Assembly (NCBI RefSeq): GCF_006345805.1
Contig: NC_043005.1
Span: forward strand, 5,518,001-5,582,000
Direction: 5' to 3'
From: Octopus sinensis
Taxonomy: Eukaryota
DNA length: 64,000 nucleotides
The notes beneath the pieces were generated by a model. The model made no database searches, was not told the DNA's origin, and saw only the letters and a program-made list of their open reading frames with translations. A program made the position numbers and the translations under genes. Positions 13,600 through 25,678 of the stretch are shown one piece after another (the stretch's first letter is position 1; each line of letters opens with the position of its first letter).

Positions 13600-14478
13600 T
13601 AGGGTTGTTAAATAGTTATTGATGAATAACATTTGCTGGGCTATGTGTTACAATCAGAGATTTTGCACTAAAATTTAATGTGTCATGTTCAACTATCCAT
13701 GAACATCTCAAGCAAATTGGGAAAATATGCAAAGAGGGAATGTGGGTCCCACATGAGCTTACACTTGGGAACCGAGCACAATGTTTCACAATCTGCAGCA
13801 GTCTTCTAACCAGGAATAACAACCTGTCATTTCTGTTACAGGTGATGAAAAATGGGTTTTGCATCATAGGAGAAAACAAAAGAGACAATGGTTATCATGT
13901 AATTGTTTTAGACCAGTGCCAAAACTCCATCCACAAATATCCTTGCTCTGTATTTGGTGGAACATGAAAAGTATTGTCCATTATAAGCCACTGGTACATG
14001 GAAGGATCATCAATGCAGAAGTTTATTGCCAATAACTTGTGTAAATGAAAAATTATGATGAAAGTGACCAGCTTTGGTAGACAGGAAAGGTGTTATCCTC
14101 CAGTGTGCACGGCCACACTCTTCAAAACAAACCCAAGAAAAAATAAGATCATTAGGATAGAAAATTCTTCCACATCCTCCATACTCACCCAACTTAGCAC
14201 CTATGGATTTCTATCTGTTCCAATCACTAAAACATTTTATAAGAGGCAAAACATTCAGAAACAGAGAGGAAGTTGAAAACAGTTTTTCAGACTTTTTTCC
14301 AGAAAAAGAAATAGGTTTCTTTGAATGTGGCATAAAACAGTTACTTCCCCATTTGGCTGCAGTCATTGAAAACGATAGTGATTACATTCTTGATTAAAAC
14401 TATTATTCAGATAAAAGTAGTTTACATTTGTTTTAATATCCTTTCTGGTAAAACCCAATTGCTTCCTGAACACCCTAT
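13600..14478 (+). mobile_element. mariner (DD34D) relic, 5'-truncated
   Basis: WVPHEL, HPPYSPNLAPMDFYLFQSLK; right TIR …TTGCTTCCTGAACACCCTAT followed by TA. Confidence 0.85.
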
Positions 14479-16779
14479 TATATAACAGTTGAATAAATAG
14501 AACAGTATTCAAGAAATATCAGATGGAATAAGTACAAGTTTTCAATACATAATATGCTGAATAGTAATATGAAGACAATTCATAATTAAAAAGACAAATT
14601 AGAGACAAAGTGCCTGACATAGCTTTGAACATCTCAGACCATCCCAAGCAGAACAAGTAGAAAAAGTGAGAATGCCTATCATGGAAGATTCCAACTCACT
14701 TAGTTACACACCAGTCTGATAGGTTGAGTCATATTTGTATGGTGACAAAATTGTTTATAACTGGCAGTGTGGGGGCCATGGTCCTGACCTGAGAAACATA
14801 AGCACTATGGTTGAACTCAGCAGCAACATCACTACATATACATAAATTTATATACATAAATTTTGAGGCTCTAAGCTTCAGCCTACCAATCTATAAATAT
14901 ACCTGGCACTGAATGCAAAACAAGAGAAATTCAAATTATAATAATGTCTGGTTTCAAACTCCAAAATCTTTCAAATAAATAAAAAAAAAAGTGCATATGA
15001 AGCATATCTAGTCTTTTGAAAATTCTGTTTTCTGCCATTTTTCCAAATTGCTATAACCCTCTTATGACCATATCTAAAATAAAGTACATTATCCATTATG
15101 GATTCAGCAACATGACAAAACCTTACATCATCAAAGCTGGTCTTTGAAACAACTTAACATAAAATTATGATTAGAAGGCTTATACTGAAATACAAACACT
15201 TCAAAATGCTCAATTTTGTATTTTTGTGTTACAAGACTAAGGCAGTGTCACACAGGTTGGTATCAAAAGAGATAAGTACACACACATATAATGTGTGTGT
15301 GTGTGTGTAAAGAGATGATGCATAAGGTATAAAAAAATCTATATATCAACAGTAATTGATAGCTCAATTCAGAATAGATCATTAAAGGCTAGCACATTAT
15401 AACATTGCAGTAAATCCAGTGGAAACAGCTTGTATGTCTACATATAATTAGCTAAAATGTTCCTTAAGATGAAAATATATTTAGAATAAGGGGGGAAAAA
15501 AAAAAAGAAAGTATTTCACAGATAGATCATAAAATAGCTGTTGAAAGTAATTAAATCATGATCTGTCTGTGAAATTTATACTTTTCTGTATGGCTACATG
15601 GCTGAGAAATTTGCTTCCCAACCACTTGGTTCTGGGTTCCATCACACTTTATGGCACCTTGGGCAAATGTCTCCTGCTGTATAGACTTGGGCTGATCAAA
15701 GCCTTGTGAATGAATTTGGTTGATGGAAACTGAATGAAGCTCATCATGTGTGTGTGTGAGAGTTGGTGCCTCTTTGTCTAGACATTGCATTATTGTCATA
15801 AATGAGCATCACCATCATACCAGTGGTGACCTTCATTTCTAAACTTCTGTGAAAACATGATTAGCCATGGGAAAATATTACTTTACTTTGAAACAAGTGA
15901 AGATTAGTGACAGGAAGAACATGCAATTTTAGAAAATCTGCCTCAACAAATTCCGTCCAACCCATTTAACCATAGAAAGGGGGATGTTAAAACAATGATG
16001 ATGATATCATCTTCATTTTTTTTTTAATATCCACTTTTCTGGAATTTACTGAGGCAAATTTTCTATAGCTGGATGCCCTTCTTATCACCAACACTCACCT
16101 GATTCCAGGCAAGGTAATATTTCCCCATGGTTAGACATATTTCTCATGGGGGACTAGAAAATGCCACTTGTATGATGGTGATGCTTGTTTACACCCATCA
16201 CATGATGTCGAGACAAGGGAACTCAGACACAAAAACAGACATGAGAACACACACACACACTATGGGCTTCTGTTTACCAAACTCAACCTAAGATTATAGT
16301 AGAACTCACCTGCCTAAGGTGTAGCACAAGAGGACTGAATCTGAGACATGGTTGAGAAGCAAGCCACTCAACCACACCAGCACCTAATATATAACACACA
16401 TGTGTGCATGTGACCTTACCTACCCATTCACCCTGTCTAATCCTGTTCTGCTTCTCTTATATTTCCCATCCTGTACCTTATAGGTATATCCTGACACCTT
16501 CACCACCATCTTTCTCTCTTTCCTGCTGGGATAGTCATGCATCTCCTCTACAGCAACACATCTGTTCCTGTCCCTCTATCATACTTTAACTCTTCACCAC
16601 CTACCATAAAGCCATCTCCCTCAATAATACACTCCATTCAGTTGAGGGGTTCTCTTATCTTGTGAGTTACTTGGTGACCTCACTAGTGCCAGTAGCACAG
16701 AAAAAAAGCACTTGGTACACTCTGTAAAGTGGTTGCAATTAGGAAGAGCATGCAGCCATAGAATCTAAGCCAAAGTGGA

Positions 16780-17147
16780 AGCACTCTGTCGGTTACGACG
16801 ACGAGGGTTCTGGTTGATCCGATCAACGGAACAGCCTGCTCGTGAAATTAACGTGTAAGTGGCTGAGCACTCCACAGACACGTGTACCCTTAACGTAGTT
16901 CTCGGGGATATTCAGCGTGACACAGAGAGTGACAAGGCCGTCCCTTTGAAATACAGGTACAACAGAAACAGGAAGTAAGAGTGAGAGAAAGTTGTGGTGA
17001 AAGAGTACAGCAGGGATCACCACCATCCCTGCCGGAGCCTCGTGGAGCTTTTAGGTGTTTTCGCTCAATAAACACTCACAACACCCGGTCTGGGAATCGA
17101 AACCGCGATCCTATGACCGCGAGTCCGCTGCCCTAACCACTGGGCCA
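16780..17147 (-). mobile_element. Young tRNA(Arg)-like SINE, family B, inserted into an older RTE-tail repeat
   Basis: Head TGGCCCAGTGGTTAGGGCAGCGGACTCGCGG…GTTTCGATTCCC; CpG-rich; GCCAAAGT duplicated at 16769 and 17144. Confidence 0.85.
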
Positions 17148-17494
17148 AAGTAGACATTGGAGCTCAGTATAACTCATTAATTCCAGGCAAATTGTCCAAA
17201 CCATGCCAGCATAGAAAACGGTGTGATTGACAGAATGCGATACACTAACCTTGTTCATTCATGCTGGAATACATGCATCTTTTCTTTGTTTTTGTTTTTT
17301 TCAGGGTGAGGGTGGAGGGAGAGGGGGAAGGAAGTGAAAATTCCAATTTTGGGTGAAGGACAAAAGAAGTTGAGAAACACTGATATAGAGTTTAGACGAA
17401 CAGCTCTTCAATAAGCAGTAAACCTTTCCTTGTATAATAATAATCTAATATAATAATGAGCATAGTGTTTTTATATATTTGTATTCTTTTTTCT

Positions 17495-17707
17495 TTTACT
17501 TGTTTCAGTCATTTGACTGCAGCCATGCTGGAGCACTGCCTTTAGTCAAGCAAATCGACCCCAGGATTTATTCTTTGTAAGCCTAGTACTTATTCTATCA
17601 GTCTCTTTTGTCAAACTGCTAAGTTACAGGGATATAAACACACCAGCATTGGTGGTCAAGTGATTTTGGGGGGACAAACACAGACACACAAACATATGCG
17701 CACACAT

Positions 17708-17741
<34 letters not shown>

Positions 17742-17900
17742 TGGCTTCTTTCAGTTTCTGTCTACTAAATCCACTCACAAGGCCTTGGTTGCCTCGGGGC
17801 TATAGTAGAAGACACTTGCCCAAGTTGCCACACTGTTGGACTGAATTCAGAACCATGTAGTTGGTAAGCAAGCTACTTACCGCACAGCCACTCCTGCACC
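17495..17900 (-). mobile_element. tRNA-derived SINE, family A (GGAGTGGCTGTGTGGTAAG head, internal microsatellite, CR1/L2-like tail)
   Basis: Colinear with 28586-28991. Many partial copies, e.g. 2860-3200, 4460-4610, 15590-15760, 22330-22540, 22920-23060, 47140-47300, 55110-55290. Confidence 0.85.
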
Positions 17901-18369
17901 TATATTTATATATTTGCCCAAAATCACACAGGATGGTGAAGGGAGAACAGAGAAAACTGTAATTCAGTGAAGGAGAAGTAGTGAGAATAATAGCCATGAC
18001 TGAGAAGGAGTGTGTGAAAGTAATAGCAATGAGAGAGAGGCAGTGGCAAATGGCAAAGAGAGTGTCATGTGTCTTCTTTCTCTGTCACAACATATGAATG
18101 AGAAAGGAAGGGGTGATCTACTGATGGAAGTGGGATGGTGAAAAAGTCAATGATGAAACAAAAATCAAACAGCACTTTAACTCTGCGTGAGTATATGTGT
18201 GTTTGTAAAAGGGAGGAATGTGAATGTTTGTGTGTGCGTGTGTTTATGTAAAATATATTTATATATTTGAGTGAGTGTGTATGTGTTTGTGTAATATTTG
18301 TTTAGAAAGATACATAGAAAATAGAATTACAGACACACATGCATTTACACACACACACATATATATACA

Positions 18370-19495
18370 CAGGATGTTCCTGAAGTCTTGGGCACATTTC
18401 AAGTCCTCATATCTGCTGGACTATGATTGGTAGTAAGATGAAACTGGTACCATTTTAAAGATAAATCCATTAAGTTTCTTTGTAATGTTAATGATTTTTT
18501 CAAATTTTTGCAGATCCAGTAATGGCGTTCACTCAACCAGAAAAAGCGTTTTGCCTCCTTGAATTTGCAAAAACTGAATCATGGACACTTGTTCAACATG
18601 CATTTCTCACAAAATTCCGAAAAGAGGCACCAGAAAGGAAGTCCATATTGAGATGGCATGGTAAATTCATGAAGCATGGATGTTTGTGCCCAGCTGAGAG
18701 AATGGGACGCCCCTCAACTTCAGATGATATGGTTGAACGTGTTCCAACTGCCTTCGAGCAGAGCCCACGTAAATCGATCAGAAGAGCCAGTAGGGAACTT
18801 CAGCTTCCCACAACAACTGTTTGACGTATCTTAAAAAGACGACTGCAGATGACACCTTACAAGCTACAGTTAGTCCCAACAGTTGCTGGGCACTGATAAA
18901 CCAGCTCGTCGTGACTTTTGCATTGCAATGTAAGAGAAGTTGGAAGATGACGGATTTGATGACCGGCTTGGTTTTAGCGATGAGGTGACCTTCCACATAA
19001 ATGGCAAAGTTAACAAGCATAACACTCGCATGTGGGGTAGTGAAAATCCACATGAGCTTCTTGAGCATCAGCAAGATTCCCCAAAGGTGAACGTGTTTTG
19101 TGTCATGTCCAAGAAAGCTGTCTACAGACCATTTCTCTTTGAAGGAGCAACAGTCAATGGTGACACGTACCTCGACATGCTGGAAAACTGGTTAAGGGAT
19201 AAGTTGAGTGAGGAAGCATCTGACAACTTCATTTTCCAACAAGATGGGGCACCACCGCACTGGAGCCTCAGGGTTAGACAGTATCTGAACACAACACTGC
19301 CAGACAGATGGATTGGACGGTCTGGGCGAGATGATCCTGTTCTCATGCCCTGGCCTCCCAGGTCTCCAGATCTCACACCCTGCGATTTCTTTTTGCGGGG
19401 GTTTATGAAAGGACTGGTCTATGTGCCTCCCCTTCCAAAAGACGTGTATGAAGACAACGCAATACTGGAACGCGTTTGGTTTATGTCGCTTACAT
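18370..19495 (+). mobile_element. Tc1/mariner of the DD41D-like (rosa/Visitor) group with DD46D spacing; 3'-truncated pseudogene
   Basis: N-terminal HTH MAFTQPEKAFCLLEFAK… (18522-18824); FSDE; FQQD-x46-D (RWIGRSGRDDPVLMPWPPRSPDLTPCD). One stop and one frameshift. Confidence 0.9.
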
Positions 19496-20129
19496 AAACC
19501 CCAGTGCTCAACTGGTACTTATTTTCATTGACCCTGAAAGGCTGAAAGGCAAATTCAACCTTGGCAAAATTTGAACTTAGATGGACAAAATACTGCCAAG
19601 CATTTATTCTAGCATGTTAATGATTCTTCCAGCACACTGTCTTGATGATGATAATGATGGGCAGCTGACTATATACAGTGTTAAGGTGCCTCACAACTCG
19701 TCAGAGAAAAAAAAAAGAGTAAAAGAGAGAAAACAACAGAAAGACATCAATGATAGCCAAAAGTACATACATAATATGCACAGACCAAAAAGTGAACATT
19801 GAAAGAGTGATAAAGAGGGAAGGATTCGTATAAGTGTGAGACGTAGAGTTGGCAAATGTTAGAAAGCATGGAATGTTTGAAGGATGCAGTCTGCTAACAT
19901 CTGACAATCGATACAAGTTGTTTATTCTATACTTCTACAATTCTGAAAGTCATGGGTGCTGTGCTATTTTTTTACTTTATAAACATAGGTGTGGCTGTGT
20001 GGTAAGAAGTTTGCTTCCGAACCACACGGTTCTGTATTCAGCTCCACTGTGTGGCACCTTGGACAAGTGTTTCTACAATAGCATCAAAGCCTTGCGAGTG
20101 GATTTGGTAGACAGAAACTGAAAGAAGCT

Positions 20130-20182
<53 letters not shown>

Positions 20183-20213
20183 CATTTATTTATTTACAGA
20201 TATATATATACGT

Positions 20214-20515
20214 GGAGGCACAATGGCCCAGTGGTTAGGGCAGCGGACTCATGGTCGTAGGATCGCAGTTTCGATTCCCAGACCAGGCGTTGTGAGTGTT
20301 TATTGAGCAAAAACACCTAAAAGCACCACGAGGCTCCGGCAGGGGGTGGTGATCCCTGCTGTACTCTTTCACCACACTTTCTTTCACTCTTTCTTCTGTT
20401 GGCCTGCTCGCTTAGCCAGCGGGTTGGCGTCATTCGAAGGCTAAAACAATGCGAACGCATTGTGACCAGCGATGTGTAACAACATCTGATGGTCTGGTCG
20501 GTCACGTAATCACGT
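20214..20515 (+). mobile_element. tRNA(Arg)-like SINE, family B, variant with a different 3' tail
   Basis: First ~180 bp match 16977-17147 (reverse complement); 3' part is unrelated; inserted in (TA)n. Confidence 0.85.
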
Positions 20516-20564
20516 AAATATATATATATACATATATATATATAGAGGGAGAGAGAGAGAGAAA

Positions 20565-21453
20565 GTGCAGTGAATAAACTGTCATCTAAATTACACAAAA
20601 ATGAAAATAACACTGATATCTCGTTTTAACAGATATATTTACCAAAATTACATAAAAAAAAGGCAGAGATATTGTTTTCAGTGATGTTTATTTGTCCAGG
20701 GACAATATATCTCAATAGTAAATTTATTCAATAAAATCATCATTGGCTTCAGCCATGGACTCCAGACTAGTTCAGAATCTCTTGCAACTCTTCTGGACAG
20801 TCTCCTTGTTTAAATTGGTGAATACTGCCATAATCCTTGCCTTCAGTTCATCTGCATTACAAGGAGTTTTGTTGGTCTCTCATACAACTACGCTTCACAC
20901 ATAATAATCAAGGGGGTTGCAGTCTGGGGAGTTAAGAAGCCAGATGTTAGGGTTGATGTGGTTGCAGAAACTGTCTGACAGCTATGACTGGGTTCTCCAA
21001 CTTGTGTGGCATGGTGCAGAGTCCTGCTGTCAGATGTAGGGTCTTCCAGTAGTGACCTTCTTGACCCAGGGCAGCTCTATCTCCTCCAGGCACTTGATAT
21101 AGGCCTCAGTGTTGAGTCTGAGGCCGTGTGGGAAGATGAATGGAAGCATCATGTTGCCGTCACCAGTGATCACTCCAAAAATCATGATGTTGACGGGATG
21201 TTTGATTTTTATCACAGCAAGCCAACGGTTGTTCTGTGTGTTCACCATCTGTCCGTATGGGAGCTTCCGGTGTGAATACCAAGCAGTACAGCATGTCGTT
21301 TCCAAATTTCTGGTAGAGTGAATTGCATCATGGTGCTGTTTTTCTCAGACAGTGCCCAACTGACCCTACTATACTGTATCAAAAAAATAAAAAACAATGC
21401 GCATACACGAAATTAAAAATATAAAATGGAGACAATTTACCCATTGTACCCTG
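20565..21453 (-). mobile_element. maT (DD37D) deletion derivative, copy 2
   Basis: Homologous to 3629-4450 (IFGVITGDG…FIFPHGLRLNTEAYIK; same terminal sequences, …CCATTGTACCCTG followed by TA). Confidence 0.85.
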
Positions 21454-21466
21454 TATATACATACAC

Positions 21467-21632
<166 letters not shown>

Positions 21633-22229
21633 ATCAGTTTGTGTGTGTTTTTGTGTTTGTCCTCTACCACTGCTTGACAACCCATGTAACTCAATGGTTT
21701 GGCAAAAGAGCCCAATACGAGGCGTTACAAAAAATGATAAGTCCTGGGGTTGATTCATTCAACTAAAATTCCTCAAGGTGGGGCCCCAGTATGGTCACAG
21801 CTTAATGATTGAAATGAGTAAACAATAAAACAAGATATAAGAAATGGTGAGAGTGCATGTATGGCAGTCACAACACAACCACATGTACGTGAGATGTGGT
21901 TTTTTAAGTATCAGTGTTGCAGGGTTATTAACAGATGTTCAATGCGGAAGCATTCTCTCCTTCCAATAGAGTCCCAGCTGTGCAAAGAATGTCATGCTTT
22001 GAGAACTTCTCAACAAATATGCTTTTTGTTTCCTCAGTAAATGTAACAGTTTGGGTCATAAGTAATTCATCGGCAGGTGGTACTGTATGGCACATAGACA
22101 TAGTGAGGTATTTAGTTGGTGTTATTGCTTAGACTCAGGACAGCTTTAATCAAGTGGGCTAGTAATCAAAGGCATTCCATCTTATTCATCTAGGACCTCA
22201 TTATCCAAAGTATCTTTTTTTTCTTCTGG

Positions 22230-22273
<44 letters not shown>

Positions 22274-23599
22274 ATATATGTAAACATACATTGCATATTT
22301 TTTTAGGCTTATATGTCCTAAGGATATATTTCTTTTATTTCTTGTACTTGTTTCAGTAATTTGACTGTGGCCATGCTGGAGCACCACCTTTAGTCAAACA
22401 AATAAACCGCAGAACTAATTCTGTGTGAACCTAGTACTTGTTCTATTGCTCTTTTTTGCCGAACTGCTAAGTTACAGAGACGTAAACATGCCAACATCAG
22501 TTGTCAAGCAATGGTGGAGAGACAAACACAGACACACAAATATAATCATTATCATCATTGTTTAACATCTGCTTTCCATGCTGGCATAGGTTGGACAGTT
22601 TGACTGAGGACTGGCGAACCAGATGGATGCACCAGGCTCCAATCTGATCTGGCATAGTTTCTACAGCTGGATGCCCTTCCTAACGCCAACCACTCCGAGA
22701 GTGTAATGGGTGCTTTTACATGCCACTGGCAACAGCCACACTCAAATGGTGTCTTCTACGTGCCACCTTCACAGGAGTCAGTCCAGCGGCACTGGCAATG
22801 ACCTCGCTCGAATGTTGTTTTTCACATGTCACTGGCACAAGTGCCAGTAAGGTGATGCTGGTAACGATCACACTTGAATGGTGCTTTTTACATGCTTATA
22901 CATATATATATATATATATATGATGGGCTTCTTTCAGTTTCCCTCAACCAAATCCACTCACAAGGCTTTGGTCAGTCTGAAGCTATAGTAGAAGACACTT
23001 TCCCAAGGTGTCACACAGTGGGACTGAACCTGGAACCATGTGGTTGGGAAGATAGCTTCTCACACTCATCTCATATGAATGCTGCCAAAGTAGAAACTAA
23101 ATTTATCACAATCCTTATCCCCATCATCATTTAACATCATTCTTTCATGCTGGCATGGATTGAACCTCTCTACAATATTTTTCATTCCTCTATATACATC
23201 TATGACCAACACCACACAAACTGCAGTTAATTGCTTTGGTTCCAACTATGTGGAATCCTCCATCCCATCACTTCTCATCCATTATGGTTCTTCTATAAGC
23301 AGTACTCTAAAGTGAAAACAGTTGCAGCTCACTTTACATGCAACTCCACTCTACATATACAAATTAGGAAAATTCCCCCTAAAACCACCCTTTTCTACTC
23401 CACCAGACTACATACACATACACACTGAAATTAATGTACTTCCAGTCACTTCAAGCCAACATGACTACTGGCTCTGAAAATGTCCCTTCCTTTATTCTTT
23501 GACAATGCCCTCCAGAGTTAGCATCAGTGCTTGCCAAACTCACCTCCCCCTCCCACTCTTTCTTTCTCTTATTTTGCAAGGATATAAATTTTTGGAGAT

Positions 23600-24900
23600 A
23601 TGGTATAGTATGTTCCACTCCTAAGATAGTCGACTCATTTGACCCTGCCAACTATCATCCAACCATACTCATTCTCAACATCTTATAAGTAATGGCGACA
23701 CCTATGAACAACATCTTTCATCAGCTTTAATCTCTCCCCATAATTCTTTTTACAACAAATCAGTCCAAGAATGTCCTCAGTTCTGTGAAATAAAATTCCT
23801 GTTTTAAAGAAATCTAAATTAATAGATTCCATCAAAATTTCATGTTAATTTATGTTCCAAACATCAATTTAATAATGACAAAGTTATTCTATTAATACCT
23901 TCATTATTTTCAAAATTAATTGAAACAAAGTGTATTTCAACAGAAATATAGTACCAAAAAGTGGATGGAGAACCAATAAGGCTTTTATGAAGCTAAATCT
24001 CCTTTATGTCAGTCATTAGTGAGTTCTCATCCTCAAGAAATGCGTTAGGTAGAAACATTGTTGTTGGCCTTGACAGTAAAGCTTTTGACCAGGCCTGACA
24101 CACAAATCTCTTACTAGAATTGCATGTCTATGGATGCTGTTCATTTCTCATCTCTTTCATTTGATGGCTTCCTGTCAGATCACACATGCACGTACTAATT
24201 GTGCTCCCGCTAACCTTCTGCTATCAACTCTAATGTGTTCAAGATCTGATTTAGTCCCACCCACCTGACATACATCCTTCCCTCAATTCATCGATGACCT
24301 TTTTGACATTACTTCCATGAACACCCAGTCTTACACAGATAATATTACTCTTCATTCCTCCTTAACCTTTCAAATCCAAGGGTTATCCACATGTAACCTA
24401 GATACCAGATGCTAAACCTGCACCAACTCCTTATACCGAAACTGCTAACATATGTTTCAATGGAGTCTTTCAACTCCACTAAGACTCTACTGTCCCAAAC
24501 CTGAAGAACAGGCAACTAGAAAAATACAAAGTTGCTCCTAATGCTAGATGTTACCATCAACGAGGGTTTCTCTCTTAAAGAATTCACATCCTCAACTTAG
24601 CAAGACTGAATTACTAAGACTTGCCTTTCTCTTCAGAAATGAAAAGTACTTCTCAACAATTTCATGACCCTCTACAAAGCTTAGGTGAAACCCATTATTC
24701 CCACATTTGGGATATATTGCCAGGATTGCCAAGACAAATTTTGCAAGGTGAAACAAGGTTGTTTTTGGGTCCCACCTGAGAAGCAAGAGACCTCCTCCAC
24801 TTCCAGTCAGAAATTTACAGATAGTCCTGCTTTCTTGGATCTGAGTATCAGACCAATAAACAAGCTGAACCCATCTCTCAGAGGATCTGATAAAGTACCG
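23600..24900 (+). mobile_element. Highly degenerate non-LTR (CR1/Jockey-like) reverse transcriptase relic
   Basis: DPANYHP (the NYRP motif), SKAFDQ, and YKA…(R)P…HIWD-like motifs across broken frames. Confidence 0.6.
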
Positions 24901-25139
24901 TACCAGAAAATGTGTAGCCATGTGTCTACGAATAAATGTTGTATGAACGACAATCTGGACATAGTTTGTCACTGTAACAAAATGTACCGCACAGTCCTTG
25001 CCATTAAATGTTCAAATAATCCTCCAATCATATTTACAACCCCGCTTTCCAGAACATTATCCCCCCCCCCGTACAGTAAAGGCATATATGAAAATATAAA
25101 ATGTTAAACAAATAATCCCAAAAATATTTTGTTTATTGA

Positions 25140-25590
25140 TCGATCAGATCAAAATAAACAATTAGACGAATATGTTCTAAAATAAATAAAAAAAGAAAGA
25201 AAGGAAAATATAAAAGTCACCGAGAAACGCCAGAATGAAGTCTTTATGAAGACACGGTGATAACGGTTTAACCGTTTCAGCTTAAAACAGGAGAGAGAAA
25301 AAAATCTTCGAATTTATTATTTGCATAAAGAATTCATCAACAAATACGTTTAATATTTGGACGATATAAACTTAGTATATTTAAAAGATTATGTGTTGCA
25401 GCAAACAACATGGCGCTAGATTATTTGTTGCTGCTGCATTATTTAATATCAGACTGCAAAAACAAACTAAAGATTAATTCATTTTCACTGTAGAAACTTC
25501 TCAAGCGATAAAGTTATCTACAACTACGATAAAATAAACGAAATGATTTGACATTCTTATTCAAAACGCTTTTAGTGTGGGGATAGCGAA
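25140..25590. promoter_or_regulatory. CpG-retaining promoter-like region, possibly bidirectional; YY1-like AACATGGCG at 25407-25415
   Basis: CG dinucleotides rise abruptly compared with the CpG-depleted flanks; lies just upstream of the ankyrin ORF. Confidence 0.5.
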
Positions 25591-25678
25591 TAATGGCAAA
25601 CAGTTCCAAGACAAAGGATTCTATCAGGCATAAAGATAACGCTTCATTTTTCAGTTGTCTGGGCGAAGAACCTTTTCG

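Noticed and set aside
17080-17147. tRNA-like sequence (also 20214-20285)
   Set aside because: SINE head: continues into SINE body and lacks a complete cloverleaf and terminator.
24592-25107. 126- and 140-aa ORFs upstream of the ankyrin gene
   Set aside because: Off-frame or antisense reads of a decayed LINE.
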